Source: Prochlorococcus marinus subsp. pastoris str. CCMP1986 (GTDB lineage Bacteria; Cyanobacteriota; Cyanobacteriia; PCC-6307; Cyanobiaceae). Taken from it: a stretch of DNA of 32,000 bases. The stretch spans positions 540,001-572,000 of the forward strand of contig NC_005072.1 in the NCBI RefSeq assembly GCF_000011465.1, written 5' to 3'. How positions within the stretch are numbered: position 1 is the first letter of the stretch; each line of letters starts with the position of its first letter. Positions 1 to 9,041 of the stretch are shown here, piece after piece. The notes under the pieces were generated by a model, which made no database searches, was not told the DNA's origin, and saw only the letters and a program-made list of their open reading frames with translations. Position numbers and translations under genes: made by a program.

Positions 1-228
1 CTGTCGCTATATAACTTAACTTTCTACCGCCCTTACCAATACCAGCAACTCCGGTATCTCCGAGGTTAACGCCTTTTGCTTCAAGAAGTGCTTCATAAAA
101 AGCAGTGAAATTTAAACGTTCGCTTCCATTTTTTTCGTGGAAACGTATCCACATTTACGAACAAGATCTGACTTGCTAACATCACCAAGTTCTTTAACTT
201 TAGCAAGGAGATCGCTACCACTTAGCAT
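1..228 (-). pseudogene. AbrB-like cyanobacterial transcriptional regulator, N-terminal part, frameshifted and cut by the window edge
   Basis: Reverse strand from ATG at 228 reads MLSGSDLLAKVKELGDVSKSDLVRKCGYVSTKK then goes out of frame to a stop at 112-114. Adding one A to the A7 tract (plus-strand T7 at about 129-135) restores ...STKKNGSERLNFTAFYEALLEAKGVNLGDTGVAGIGKGGRKLSYIAT to position 1, which resembles the small AbrB-like regulators of marine cyanobacteria. Confidence 0.7.
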
Positions 229-324
229 AATAAATTAATAAAAAGTTATTCTTAAATAACATAGCAATTAGTGAGTAATTTGTGCAATTATTAAGCATGT
301 ATTTATTCAATTAGTTATCTTTTA

Positions 325-597
325 ATGATGGAAAAATTTATAGTATTTGGGAAGTATTGTGACGATGCAATTAACAAAAGGGAACCATTTCGTAAAAATC
401 ATCTTGATAGACTTGGGGATTTAAAAGATAGAAACATTTTAATTACTTTAGGACCTACTAAATGTACAAAATATTTATTTGGTATTTTTAACGCTAATAA
501 TGAAAATGAATTAAGACAATTAATTGAGAAAGATATTTATTGGAAGGAAGGTATATGGATTGATTTTGATATTTATCCATGGATCCAAGCATTTTAA
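325..597 (+). CDS. YCII/YciI-like domain protein, small conserved hypothetical
   Basis: 90 aa ORF; MEKFIVFGKYCDDAINKREPFRKNHLDRL... has the compact YciI-like pattern with an H-x-x-x-L segment. Confidence 0.6.
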   Translation: MMEKFIVFGKYCDDAINKREPFRKNHLDRLGDLKDRNILITLGPTKCTKYLFGIFNANNENELRQLIEKDIYWKEGIWIDFDIYPWIQAF

Positions 598-813
598 AAA
601 AGTATATATATTAAAAAACGATAATCTTTTAGCTAATTTTATTTATAATTAGAATGTCAATTATTTTTTAAAATTGTAAAAATAAGGTTTTTATTTATAG
701 AAAAAATTAAAAATAAATAATAGAATTTTCAATAAAAAATGTTTCTTAAACACTATGTATATATGGTTATTTAAGTTAGTTTTTAAATAAAAAAATTGCT
801 AAGTTTAAATATT

Positions 814-1134
814 TTATTTACTACTGTCTTTTTTTATTTGGTTCACTAGGGAGTCGATATCTAATTGATTATATGGGTGGGTTTCTTTTATTCCTTGAGA
901 ATTTGTCGGAATATTGTTTAGCCAATTTTGTTCTATCTTTATGAGATTTTTAACAACATTGAAAATACCTCCTTTTTTATAAAATTCTTTAACTTTTTGG
1001 GAGATTTCGGAGGTTCGGCTTGATTTGAGATTTAATTCATTAGCTAGATCTTTTTGTGTATATCCATGGGATTTTAACCAATCTTTAATAAAAGATATAA
1101 GTTCTTTCTCTTCTCCCTGTGATAGTTTACTCAT
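814..1134 (-). CDS. Small helix-turn-helix (XRE-like) hypothetical protein
   Basis: 106 aa; GYTQKDLANELNLKSSRTSEISQKVKEF is HTH-like. ATGA start/stop overlap with the upstream YkvA-like ORF. Confidence 0.5.
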   Translation of the reverse strand: MSKLSQGEEKELISFIKDWLKSHGYTQKDLANELNLKSSRTSEISQKVKEFYKKGGIFNVVKNLIKIEQNWLNNIPTNSQGIKETHPYNQLDIDSLVNQIKKDSSK

Positions 1135-1505
1135 TTAACAAAAGGGAACAATTTATTAAGTTTCCTTTCTGCTCTTGCTCTTATTGCAGGAGTCATATAT
1201 CTACTCCATATACTTAAAACTGCAGTGAGAGCAACAAAGTCATCACTGTAACCTACTAAAGGCATAAAGTCAGGAAATAGATCAAATGGCATTATTAAAT
1301 AAGCGAGTGCGGCCATTAAGGAAACTCTTACTTGTGTTGGAGTAAAAGGATCGAGAGCCATTTCTAGAACTTCTAAAGCTGGTTTTGCAATAGTTCTACC
1401 AGCTCTTATTAAGATTTTTATAATTATATTTTCATCTAATGATGAACTTTCTAAAACCTCTGCATCATAAATTTTTTCTTTGTCTTTGTAATAGCTATCA
1501 TTCAT
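1131..1505 (-). CDS. YkvA family (DUF1232) membrane protein
   Basis: 124 aa; hydrophobic segment with LIMPFDLFPDFMPLVGYSDDFVAL, typical of DUF1232 proteins. Confidence 0.75.
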   Translation of the reverse strand: MNDSYYKDKEKIYDAEVLESSSLDENIIIKILIRAGRTIAKPALEVLEMALDPFTPTQVRVSLMAALAYLIMPFDLFPDFMPLVGYSDDFVALTAVLSIWSRYMTPAIRARAERKLNKLFPFVK

Positions 1506-1510
1506 GATTT

Positions 1511-2434
1511 TTAGCTAACACTATCAACTAGTCCATTTTGGATTCCTGCTTTCCTAAGCTTTCTCAAGGCTCTTTGTACAACTTGTCTGCAATATTCTCT
1601 ACTACAACTCATATGTCTTGCAACTTCAGCCAAAGTTCTCCATTCATTTGAACCATCTAAACCGAATCTAAGGCTTACTATCTTTCTTTCTTTTTCAGTA
1701 AGATTTGCCTTGTCTAATAATGTCCAGGCAGAGGCTGTCCTCTCAGCTAGTTCTGCTAATTCCATTGGAGGCGTTTGATCGCTTGGCAGAATATCAACAA
1801 GTTCAGATGGATCCGACTTGGATTTTACCGTACCTTGAAGACTTACTGTTATACTCCTTAATTCGCAAGAAAGTAGTTCATCTATCTCCTCTTTAGTAAT
1901 TTTCAGTTCATTTGCTAACTCAATGCTAGTGGGAGGAAAACCTTTAAGTTGCATTAATTTTGATTTTGCTGCTCTTAATTTAGTAAGCTTTTCATTAATG
2001 TTTACCGGTATTCTTATTGTTCTACTTTGCGTTGAGAGTGCTCTGTTTAGTCCCTGCCTTATCCACCAGTAAGCGTAAGTAGAGAATCGATGCCCCCTTG
2101 AAGGATCATATTTCTCTACAGCTCGCGTAAGACCAAGAGTGCCTTCTTGAATTAAGTCTAATAAATCTAAACCTTTTCCCTGATATCTTTTTGAAAGATT
2201 TACTACTAATCTTAGATTTGCCGTAATCATTTCATTCTTAGCTTTTTCACCAATTTTTATTTTCTTTTTTTCCTCTTCGGAATATTCACAATCGGGACCT
2301 TTTCCACCGGCTGTTTGACATCTATTGATAAGTACTACCATTTCTTGGACTTTTCTTCCCATAGTGAGTTCCTTCTCTGGTGTCAAAAGTTGATGACGAC
2401 CTATTTCTCCAAGAAAATCGCTTAATGAACTCAC
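1511..2434 (-). CDS. RpoD-like sigma-70 family RNA polymerase sigma factor (probably group 2/alternative)
   Basis: 307 aa with sigma region 2 (NLRLVVNLSKRYQGKGLDLLDLIQEGTLGLTRAVEKYDPSRGHRFSTYAYWWIRQGLNRAL) and region 4 (LTEKERKIVSLRFGL...SREYCRQVVQRALRKLR). GTG start with an in-frame stop just upstream. Confidence 0.93.
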   Translation of the reverse strand: MSSLSDFLGEIGRHQLLTPEKELTMGRKVQEMVVLINRCQTAGGKGPDCEYSEEEKKKIKIGEKAKNEMITANLRLVVNLSKRYQGKGLDLLDLIQEGTLGLTRAVEKYDPSRGHRFSTYAYWWIRQGLNRALSTQSRTIRIPVNINEKLTKLRAAKSKLMQLKGFPPTSIELANELKITKEEIDELLSCELRSITVSLQGTVKSKSDPSELVDILPSDQTPPMELAELAERTASAWTLLDKANLTEKERKIVSLRFGLDGSNEWRTLAEVARHMSCSREYCRQVVQRALRKLRKAGIQNGLVDSVS

Positions 2435-2498
2435 GATTTACACCTTTACGTAATGTATTTAACTTATAGTTAATTTCTTAATAAGCTATACATGTAAT

Positions 2499-2531
2499 AA
2501 TTAATTAATAATTAATTAATAATTAATTATT
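2499..2531. repeat. Three tandem copies of an 11-bp AT-only unit, AATTAATTAAT (third copy AATTAATTATT)
   Basis: Read directly: 2499-2509, 2510-2520, 2521-2531, followed by ATT-rich low-complexity sequence to about 2549. Confidence 0.85.
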
Positions 2532-2580
2532 ATTATTATTTATTAATTTGATTAAATTTATAGATTCAAATTATATATAT

Positions 2581-3246
2581 TTAATTATTTTTTCCCCTTC
2601 TTGATTCAAGAACATTTAGTACATCTCTCCACTTAACTCCCTTATATATCAATGCAACTTGGAGATGATAAATTATATCAGAAGCTTCATTTGCAATCTC
2701 ATCTTTGTCATTATCTTTGCAAGCCATAATAAATTCAGCAGTTTCTTCTCCTATTTTTTTTAGGATAGTATTACTACCTTTTGTTAACAAATGATTTGTA
2801 TAACTTTTTTCTAGAGGATTAATTGATCTTTCATGAAGTGTATCAAATAATTCTGAGCAAATATTAGAAAAAGGACTTGTTTTCTTTGCTGTTTTATTCA
2901 TTGAAATACTATCTATTTCATTGAAAAAACAACTTTTTTCGCCTGTATGGCATGCCCCTGAGCCATTCTGTTCTATCGAAAGAACAAGTGCATCATTATC
3001 GCAATCAAATCTAATTTCTTTAAGAAATTGGGTACTTCCGCTCGTTGCTCCTTTTCTCCATATTTCGGATCTAGATCGACTCCAGTAATGTACATTTCTT
3101 GTTTCGAGTGTCTTATTTAAGGATTCTTTATTCATCCAAGCCAGCATAAGAATGGATCCGTCTAGCCAATCTTGTGCTATTGCAGGGATTAATCCTTTAT
3201 TATCAAAACGAAGTTCTTCTATGGAAAAATTTTTTGAATAAGCCAT
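2581..3246 (-). CDS. hisIE: Bifunctional phosphoribosyl-AMP cyclohydrolase / phosphoribosyl-ATP pyrophosphatase
   Basis: HisI part (MLAWMNKESLNKTLETRNVHYWSRSRSEIWRKGATSG...CDNDALVLSIEQNGSGACHTGEKSCFF) followed by HisE part (LDTLHERS...KKIGEETAEFIMACKD...ASDIIYHLQVAL). Confidence 0.95.
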   Translation of the reverse strand: MAYSKNFSIEELRFDNKGLIPAIAQDWLDGSILMLAWMNKESLNKTLETRNVHYWSRSRSEIWRKGATSGSTQFLKEIRFDCDNDALVLSIEQNGSGACHTGEKSCFFNEIDSISMNKTAKKTSPFSNICSELFDTLHERSINPLEKSYTNHLLTKGSNTILKKIGEETAEFIMACKDNDKDEIANEASDIIYHLQVALIYKGVKWRDVLNVLESRRGKNN

Positions 3247-3309
3247 TATATTTAATGTGTTAGACCTCTTACTCTTTGTTTTACTAAAGTTTATCTTATC
3301 AGTTTATTA

Positions 3310-3774
3310 ATGGATATTCATTCATCAAAATTTTCTTGCAGCAAAAGTTATGAGGATTTTCCCTGCTCTCATAGGCAATGGCGCCATGATGGACACTGTA
3401 GATTTGTTCATGGTTATTCAAGGACATTTACCTTTTGGTTCACTGCGAAAGAATTGGATAAAAATGGTTTTGTCGTTGATTTTTCTGGTTTGAAACCTCT
3501 TGAGAAAAGGCTTAAAGAACAGTTTGATCATACATTTCTTGTAAATAGTGATGATCCTTTATTAAATTACTGGAGGAAATTACATGATTTAGATGCTTTG
3601 AATTTGAAGATTATGGATAATGTTGGAATGGAATATTCTTCTGAAATGATTTGGCAATGGGCTAATGAATACTTAAAGGATAATGATAAAGAAAGAACAT
3701 GCTGCTGGAAAACTGAATCAAAAGAAAATAAATCAAATTCTGCTAGTTATGAAAGATTACCAGAGTGGTTTTAA
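3310..3774 (+). CDS. 6-pyruvoyl-tetrahydropterin synthase / 6-carboxy-tetrahydropterin synthase-like protein
   Basis: 154 aa; CSHRQWRHDGHCRFVHGYSRTFTFWFTA...GFVVDFSGLKPLEKRLKEQFDHTFLV resembles the PTPS/QueD fold pattern, but with HGY rather than HGH. Confidence 0.75.
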   Translation: MDIHSSKFSCSKSYEDFPCSHRQWRHDGHCRFVHGYSRTFTFWFTAKELDKNGFVVDFSGLKPLEKRLKEQFDHTFLVNSDDPLLNYWRKLHDLDALNLKIMDNVGMEYSSEMIWQWANEYLKDNDKERTCCWKTESKENKSNSASYERLPEWF

Positions 3775-3827
3775 GATTTATTTAAAAGTTTATAAACAAA
3801 TTTAAAAATAATACTTTAATCAAAATA

Positions 3828-6410
3828 TCAATTTACAAATATGCATCCATCTTTAATAGAAATATAAACCTCTTTTTTATTTAAGTAATTGTTATTGAGA
3901 ATATTATTTGCAATTTTTGTCTCGATTTCTTTTTGAATAATTCTTTTTAATGGTCTTGCTCCATAACTATTATCAAAACTATTTTTGACTAGATGGTCAA
4001 TAGCCTCATCTGTAATTTGAAAGTTTAAGTCTTTTTTGATAAGCCTATTTTCAAGTTTTTTTAGTTGTAATTTAGCTATATCTTTTAATTCATTTAATTC
4101 CAAATTTTGAAATATTATTATTTCATCTAGGCGGTTTAAGAATTCTGGTTTAAAAAATTTCTTCAATTCAACATTTACAATATTTTTAATTTCATTTTTA
4201 TCTTCATTCCTAATAGATAAATCATTTATAGATTGACTTCCTAAATTACTTGTAAGAACAATTATTGAATTTTTAAAACTAATTGTTCTGCCTTGCCCAT
4301 CGGTAATAATCCCATCATCAAGAACTTGTAATAAGACATCTAATACATCTTTGTGGGCTTTTTCTATTTCATCTAGGAGTATAAGAGAGTAAGGGTTTTT
4401 TCTGACTGCTTCGGTTAATTGGCCTCCTGATTCAAAACCTAGATACCCTGGAGGGGCCCCAATAATTTTACTTACAGAATGCTTTTCCATATATTCAGAC
4501 ATGTCTAGTCTCGTGATTGATGAATTCGAGTCAAATATTGTTTTGGCTATTACTTTGCTTAGTTCAGTCTTTCCTACTCCTGTTGGCCCTAAAAATAAAA
4601 AACTAGCTATTGGTCTATTAGGATCATTTAGTCCTGTCCTTGATCTCTTAATTGAATCTGAAACGGCGCATATAGCATTATTCTGACCAATAATTTTTTC
4701 TTTAAGAGTTAATTCTAGTTTTAAAAGTTTTTCTTTTTCAGATTGATTTAAATTATTTACTGGAATAGAAGTCCACTTCGAAACAACTTCTGCTATGTCA
4801 TCAAAATTAACTTCTTGCCTTAAAAGATTCTTTTCACCACTTTTAAAAGAATCTACTAAATTCTCACTTTTGATTTTTAATTTCTTTTGTAAAGAAATTA
4901 AGGTTCCAAATTCTAATTCTGCAGCTTTATTGAGATCAAAACTTCTTTTGGCTTGTTCAATTTTTAATTGAGTAGATTCAATTTCTTCTTTTAAATTACT
5001 AATCTCGTCAATTTCTTCTTTCTCTTTTTGCCATTGATGGTTTAATTCAGATTGCCTAATCTTAAGATCGTGAAGCTCATTATTAATTCTTTTAAGCCTT
5101 TCTAAAGAAAAATTATCTGATTCCCTTTGTAAGGATAAATTCTCCATTTCTAGTTGTAAAACTTTTCTATCAATCTCATCAATTTCTTCTGGTTTGGATG
5201 TTATTATCATATTTAATCTTGAAGCCGCTTCATCAATTAGATCGATTGCTTTATCTGGTAGGAATCTATCATTAATATATCTTTCACTTAAGCTAGCAGC
5301 AGCAACAAGAGCATTATCAGAAATTCTTACACTATGATGAACCTCATATTTTTCTCTTAGCCCTCTAAGTATTGAAATCGTATCATCTACTGAAGGAGCG
5401 TTAATTTTTATTTTCTGAAATCTCCTTTCAAGCGCAGGATCTTTTTCAATATTTTGTTTGTGCTCATTAATTGTCGTAGCACCTATACATCTTAATTCCC
5501 CCCTTGCGAGCATTGGTTTTAAGAGATTACTGGCATCTAAAGAGCCTCCAGTTGCTCCAGCACCAACAACTGTATGAATTTCATCTATAAAAAGAATAAT
5601 CTTACCTTCAGAACTTTTAACTTTTTTTAAAACATTTTTAATTCTCTCTTCAAATTCGCCTCGGTATTTTGCTCCAGCTATTAATGAACCCATATCGATT
5701 GATATCAATTGCCTATTATTTAATGAAGATGGGACATCTCCATTAACGATTCGCTGAGCTAAACCTTCTACTATTGCAGTTTTACCTACTCCAGGTTCTC
5801 CTATTAGAACAGGATTATTTTTGGTTCTTCTGCTTAATATTTGGATCGTTCTTCTGATTTCTTCATCCCTCCCAATAACAGGGTCAAGGATGCCATCCCT
5901 AGCTGATTTTGTAAGATCAATGCCGAATTTATCTAAAGTTTCATTTGAACTTTCAAAATTATCATTAATCGTGGATTCAGATTTCATCTTATTTAAAAGT
6001 TCTAAAAATTCAGGGATTTTTTTTGTATTTAAAACTAATTCACTGCAAATCTCATCATAAGACAAACCGTAAAGTATGTGTTCTGTTGATATCACTACAT
6101 CATTAAACGAAACTCTTAAATCATTTGCTTTTAAAAAAACTTTTTCTGTGGTTTCTCCTATGAATAGAGTTTTTTGTTTATTCTTCATTTTTGCTTTCGC
6201 ATCTAATAAAGAAGTTAACTTTGTTTCTATCTTTCTAATATTTACACAATTTTTTTTTAGTATTTTAGAGGTTAAAAGATCTTGTTTTATTAGTGCAAGT
6301 AATATATTTTCAGAATCTATATTTTGCTGAAAATTATTTTGTGCAATTTCCTTTGACAAAATAAAAATGTCCCAAGCAGAATTGGAGAATTCACTTGGGA
6401 CAAATTTCAT
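3828..6410 (-). CDS. clpB: ClpB-type AAA+ disaggregase
   Basis: 860 aa; two Walker A motifs ([18 protein letters not shown]), coiled-coil middle domain, [19 protein letters not shown]-terminal [12 protein letters not shown]. Confidence 0.93.
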   Translation of the reverse strand: MKFVPSEFSNSAWDIFILSKEIAQNNFQQNIDSENILLALIKQDLLTSKILKKNCVNIRKIETKLTSLLDAKAKMKNKQKTLFIGETTEKVFLKANDLRVSFNDVVISTEHILYGLSYDEICSELVLNTKKIPEFLELLNKMKSESTINDNFESSNETLDKFGIDLTKSARDGILDPVIGRDEEIRRTIQILSRRTKNNPVLIGEPGVGKTAIVEGLAQRIVNGDVPSSLNNRQLISIDMGSLIAGAKYRGEFEERIKNVLKKVKSSEGKIILFIDEIHTVVGAGATGGSLDASNLLKPMLARGELRCIGATTINEHKQNIEKDPALERRFQKIKINAPSVDDTISILRGLREKYEVHHSVRISDNALVAAASLSERYINDRFLPDKAIDLIDEAASRLNMIITSKPEEIDEIDRKVLQLEMENLSLQRESDNFSLERLKRINNELHDLKIRQSELNHQWQKEKEEIDEISNLKEEIESTQLKIEQAKRSFDLNKAAELEFGTLISLQKKLKIKSENLVDSFKSGEKNLLRQEVNFDDIAEVVSKWTSIPVNNLNQSEKEKLLKLELTLKEKIIGQNNAICAVSDSIKRSRTGLNDPNRPIASFLFLGPTGVGKTELSKVIAKTIFDSNSSITRLDMSEYMEKHSVSKIIGAPPGYLGFESGGQLTEAVRKNPYSLILLDEIEKAHKDVLDVLLQVLDDGIITDGQGRTISFKNSIIVLTSNLGSQSINDLSIRNEDKNEIKNIVNVELKKFFKPEFLNRLDEIIIFQNLELNELKDIAKLQLKKLENRLIKKDLNFQITDEAIDHLVKNSFDNSYGARPLKRIIQKEIETKIANNILNNNYLNKKEVYISIKDGCIFVN

Positions 6411-6476
6411 TTAAACGAATGTAATTAATTTAATTAATAAAATAGTTAGTAAATATTTTTTAATTAATTAGGTATT

Positions 6477-6827
6477 TTATTCAACAATTACTTTCCCTAC
6501 CATCCCTGCACCTCTGTGCGGCTCACAATAGTAATCAAAAGTTCCTGCTGTATCAAATGTTTCTTCCCATGATTCGCCAGGAGCGAAGGCTAGATCAGCA
6601 TGACTTAATTCTTCATGGCCATCAAAAACAGCATTATGAGGAGCTAATTTATTATTGATGAATTTAACAGTATCACCTGTACTGATAGTTACAGAACTTG
6701 GTTCAAAAGCTAACATCCCAGCGTCAGTACCAAGCTTAACTTCAACAGTTTTAGCAGAAACAGAAGAAATTCCAAGTCCTAGAGTTAAAACTATTGCAAA
6801 AAAACCTGCAAAGATTGAACGTAACAT
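6477..6827 (-). CDS. petE: Plastocyanin precursor
   Basis: 116 aa with signal peptide; copper-ligand regions [10 protein letters not shown] and [21 protein letters not shown]. Confidence 0.96.
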   Translation of the reverse strand: MLRSIFAGFFAIVLTLGLGISSVSAKTVEVKLGTDAGMLAFEPSSVTISTGDTVKFINNKLAPHNAVFDGHEELSHADLAFAPGESWEETFDTAGTFDYYCEPHRGAGMVGKVIVE

Positions 6828-6885
6828 AATTTAAATTTATTATTTATATATATTACAAGGTTTTTGGAACTAAATCGCGAGAAGT

Positions 6886-7869
6886 TTAATTGATATTACA
6901 ACCTGGTAACTTTGCTAACCTTAAAACATCTTGCAGGGATCTGGCATAACTTTTTAAATTTAATTTCTCAGGATTAGTTATGGGCACATGGTTAAAGTCA
7001 TATTTTTTTATGCTGAAGCTATCCCAAGGAGTCATTTGAATAGGAAGCACTCTTAATAATATTTTCATTATTGTTTTTGTTAAGGGAATGGAAAAGTATC
7101 TATTCATTCCGTTTCTCTTTAAAAGGATATTTATCGCATCATCAATTGAAATAAAGTTTTGACCTAATACAAATTTTTTGAACCCTTTGTAATTCTCTTC
7201 TTTATGATTTTTAATTAGAAACCCACAAATTTGTGCAATGTCATTGGCATGTATAAAGTGAAACTTTGAGTCAAGTTTTAGAAATCTTGCTATCCAAAGC
7301 CATTTATTTATTTCTTTCAATCCGCTTGTTAAATAGCTCGCGGGATACTTACTTCTTTTATTAAGAGTCCCTCCAAAAACTAATGTAGGAAAAACTGCGA
7401 ATGTTTTTTCTGCAAATGAGCTCTCTTTAAGTCTTTCAAAACACTTATATTTTGTTTGAATATATTCTGTTCCATAAGTTAAAGATTCCCTCATTAATTC
7501 ACATTGTTCGTTGAGTATGCTGGCTGTTGAAAAATAAATTATTTTCTCTAATTTATCTTTTTCAAGCATTCCTAGTAACTCTTCGAACGCTTTTATGTTT
7601 ACATCATAGGCTCTTTTTGGATCACCCCAAGCAGTCGCAGTGTGGATAAGAAAATTTACCTGACTAATTTCTTTACTAAATCTATCGCATTCTCTGATAT
7701 CACATATAAGCAATTTAATCCGTTTGTTTTTCTGTATAGCAAGGGGGAGCTTATTTTTATCTCTTACCATGAGATAAAGCCTATATCGGGTGTTTCTTAA
7801 AAACCAATCAATCAAATATTGGCCAACACATCCGTTAGAACCTGTTATTAATAAGTTTTTAATTGCCAA
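6886..7869 (-). CDS. NAD-dependent epimerase/dehydratase family protein (extended SDR)
   Basis: 327 aa; N-terminal GSNGCVGQYLIDWFL Rossmann motif and a YIQTKYKCF (YxxxK) active-site segment. Confidence 0.85.
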   Translation of the reverse strand: MAIKNLLITGSNGCVGQYLIDWFLRNTRYRLYLMVRDKNKLPLAIQKNKRIKLLICDIRECDRFSKEISQVNFLIHTATAWGDPKRAYDVNIKAFEELLGMLEKDKLEKIIYFSTASILNEQCELMRESLTYGTEYIQTKYKCFERLKESSFAEKTFAVFPTLVFGGTLNKRSKYPASYLTSGLKEINKWLWIARFLKLDSKFHFIHANDIAQICGFLIKNHKEENYKGFKKFVLGQNFISIDDAINILLKRNGMNRYFSIPLTKTIMKILLRVLPIQMTPWDSFSIKKYDFNHVPITNPEKLNLKSYARSLQDVLRLAKLPGCNIN

Positions 7870-7877
7870 AATTTAAA

Positions 7878-8918
7878 TTAATAAGTTAGTTTTTTACCAT
7901 GTTCAAAAAATGTTTTAGCATTTTCTTCTGGTGTGCCTGGTAAAATTCCATGACCTAAATTAAGAATATATTTTCTCTCTTTTACTTTATTGAAAGTATT
8001 ATCGATTCTCTCTTTTATTGAATCTTTATTTCCAAATAATATACCTGGATCAACATTTCCTTGTATTCCAATTCCTGTAGGGATTCGCTTGCAAGCCTCC
8101 TCAATATCTACAGTCCAGTCTAGTGAAATTATATCTACACCAGTTTTAGCCATTCTTTCTAATACCCCAGCACTGCCCGATATATACAATATTATCGGAG
8201 TATCTGGGAATTCTTCTTTAACGATGTCAACAACTTTCTTTTGATAAGGGCCAGCAAAAATATCGTAGTCTTGAGGACTTAATTGCCCTGCCCAAGAGTC
8301 AAAAATTTGTACAACTTGAGCGCCAGATTTTATTTGATACTTTAAATACTCACCAATGGATTTTGCAAAGTGATCTAGAAGTTTGTGAAGTAAATCAGGT
8401 TCTTTAAAAGCCATTGATTTTATTAAAGAATAATTTTTACTGCTTTTACCTTCAACGACATATGCAGCCAAAGTCCAAGGCGCCCCAACAAAGCCAAGAA
8501 CCGTTGCTTCATTTTTTACATCTTTTTTTAATGATGAAAGGACTTCTCCCACAAAACTTAAACTTTCGTTCGGAATTAATTCTTTCAACTTTTCTACTTG
8601 GCGAATATTTCTTATGGGATCTTCTATTATTGGACCCTTACTTTCTATTATCTCAAAGTTGATCCCCATTCCAGGAAGAGGGGTAAGTATATCTGAAAAA
8701 AGAATTACACCATCTGGCTTGAAAGCCAAAAAAGGTTGCATTGAAATTTCATAAGAGAGTTCTGGGTTCTCAGACCTTTCCCTAAAGCTTGGGTAGCGTT
8801 CTCTTAAATCTCTGTAAATCTTCATATATCTGCCTGCTTGTCTCATCATCCATACTGGAGGCCTATTAACTTTCTTTCCTAAGGCAGCAGATAGTAAAAG
8901 TGGTAAATTCTCACCCAT
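7878..8918 (-). CDS. hemE: Uroporphyrinogen decarboxylase
   Basis: 346 aa; [69 protein letters not shown]. Confidence 0.97.
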   Translation of the reverse strand: MGENLPLLLSAALGKKVNRPPVWMMRQAGRYMKIYRDLRERYPSFRERSENPELSYEISMQPFLAFKPDGVILFSDILTPLPGMGINFEIIESKGPIIEDPIRNIRQVEKLKELIPNESLSFVGEVLSSLKKDVKNEATVLGFVGAPWTLAAYVVEGKSSKNYSLIKSMAFKEPDLLHKLLDHFAKSIGEYLKYQIKSGAQVVQIFDSWAGQLSPQDYDIFAGPYQKKVVDIVKEEFPDTPIILYISGSAGVLERMAKTGVDIISLDWTVDIEEACKRIPTGIGIQGNVDPGILFGNKDSIKERIDNTFNKVKERKYILNLGHGILPGTPEENAKTFFEHGKKLTY

Positions 8919-9041
8919 TTTTTGAGTACAATATGATTTTTTAAAAATTAAAAATCTTTAACTTAAAAATTTTAAAACGTGGAGCAGATTAAAATCACTA
9001 TGTGAAGAATTAAATCAAATTGACCAATAAATAAACCTTTA

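Noticed and set aside
1705-1896. Small plus-strand ORF antisense to the sigma factor
   Set aside because: Fully inside a convincing coding gene on the other strand, with no recognisable domain; expected by chance. The same applies to the short antisense ORFs within clpB, hemE, glgB, the CocE hydrolase, tamB, proA, prlC, ndhD, thrB and the DUF697-like gene.
2495-2549. AT tandem repeat as a possible CRISPR or mobile-element end
   Set aside because: The unit is only 11 bp, has no spacers, cas genes or transposase nearby, and is of very low complexity.
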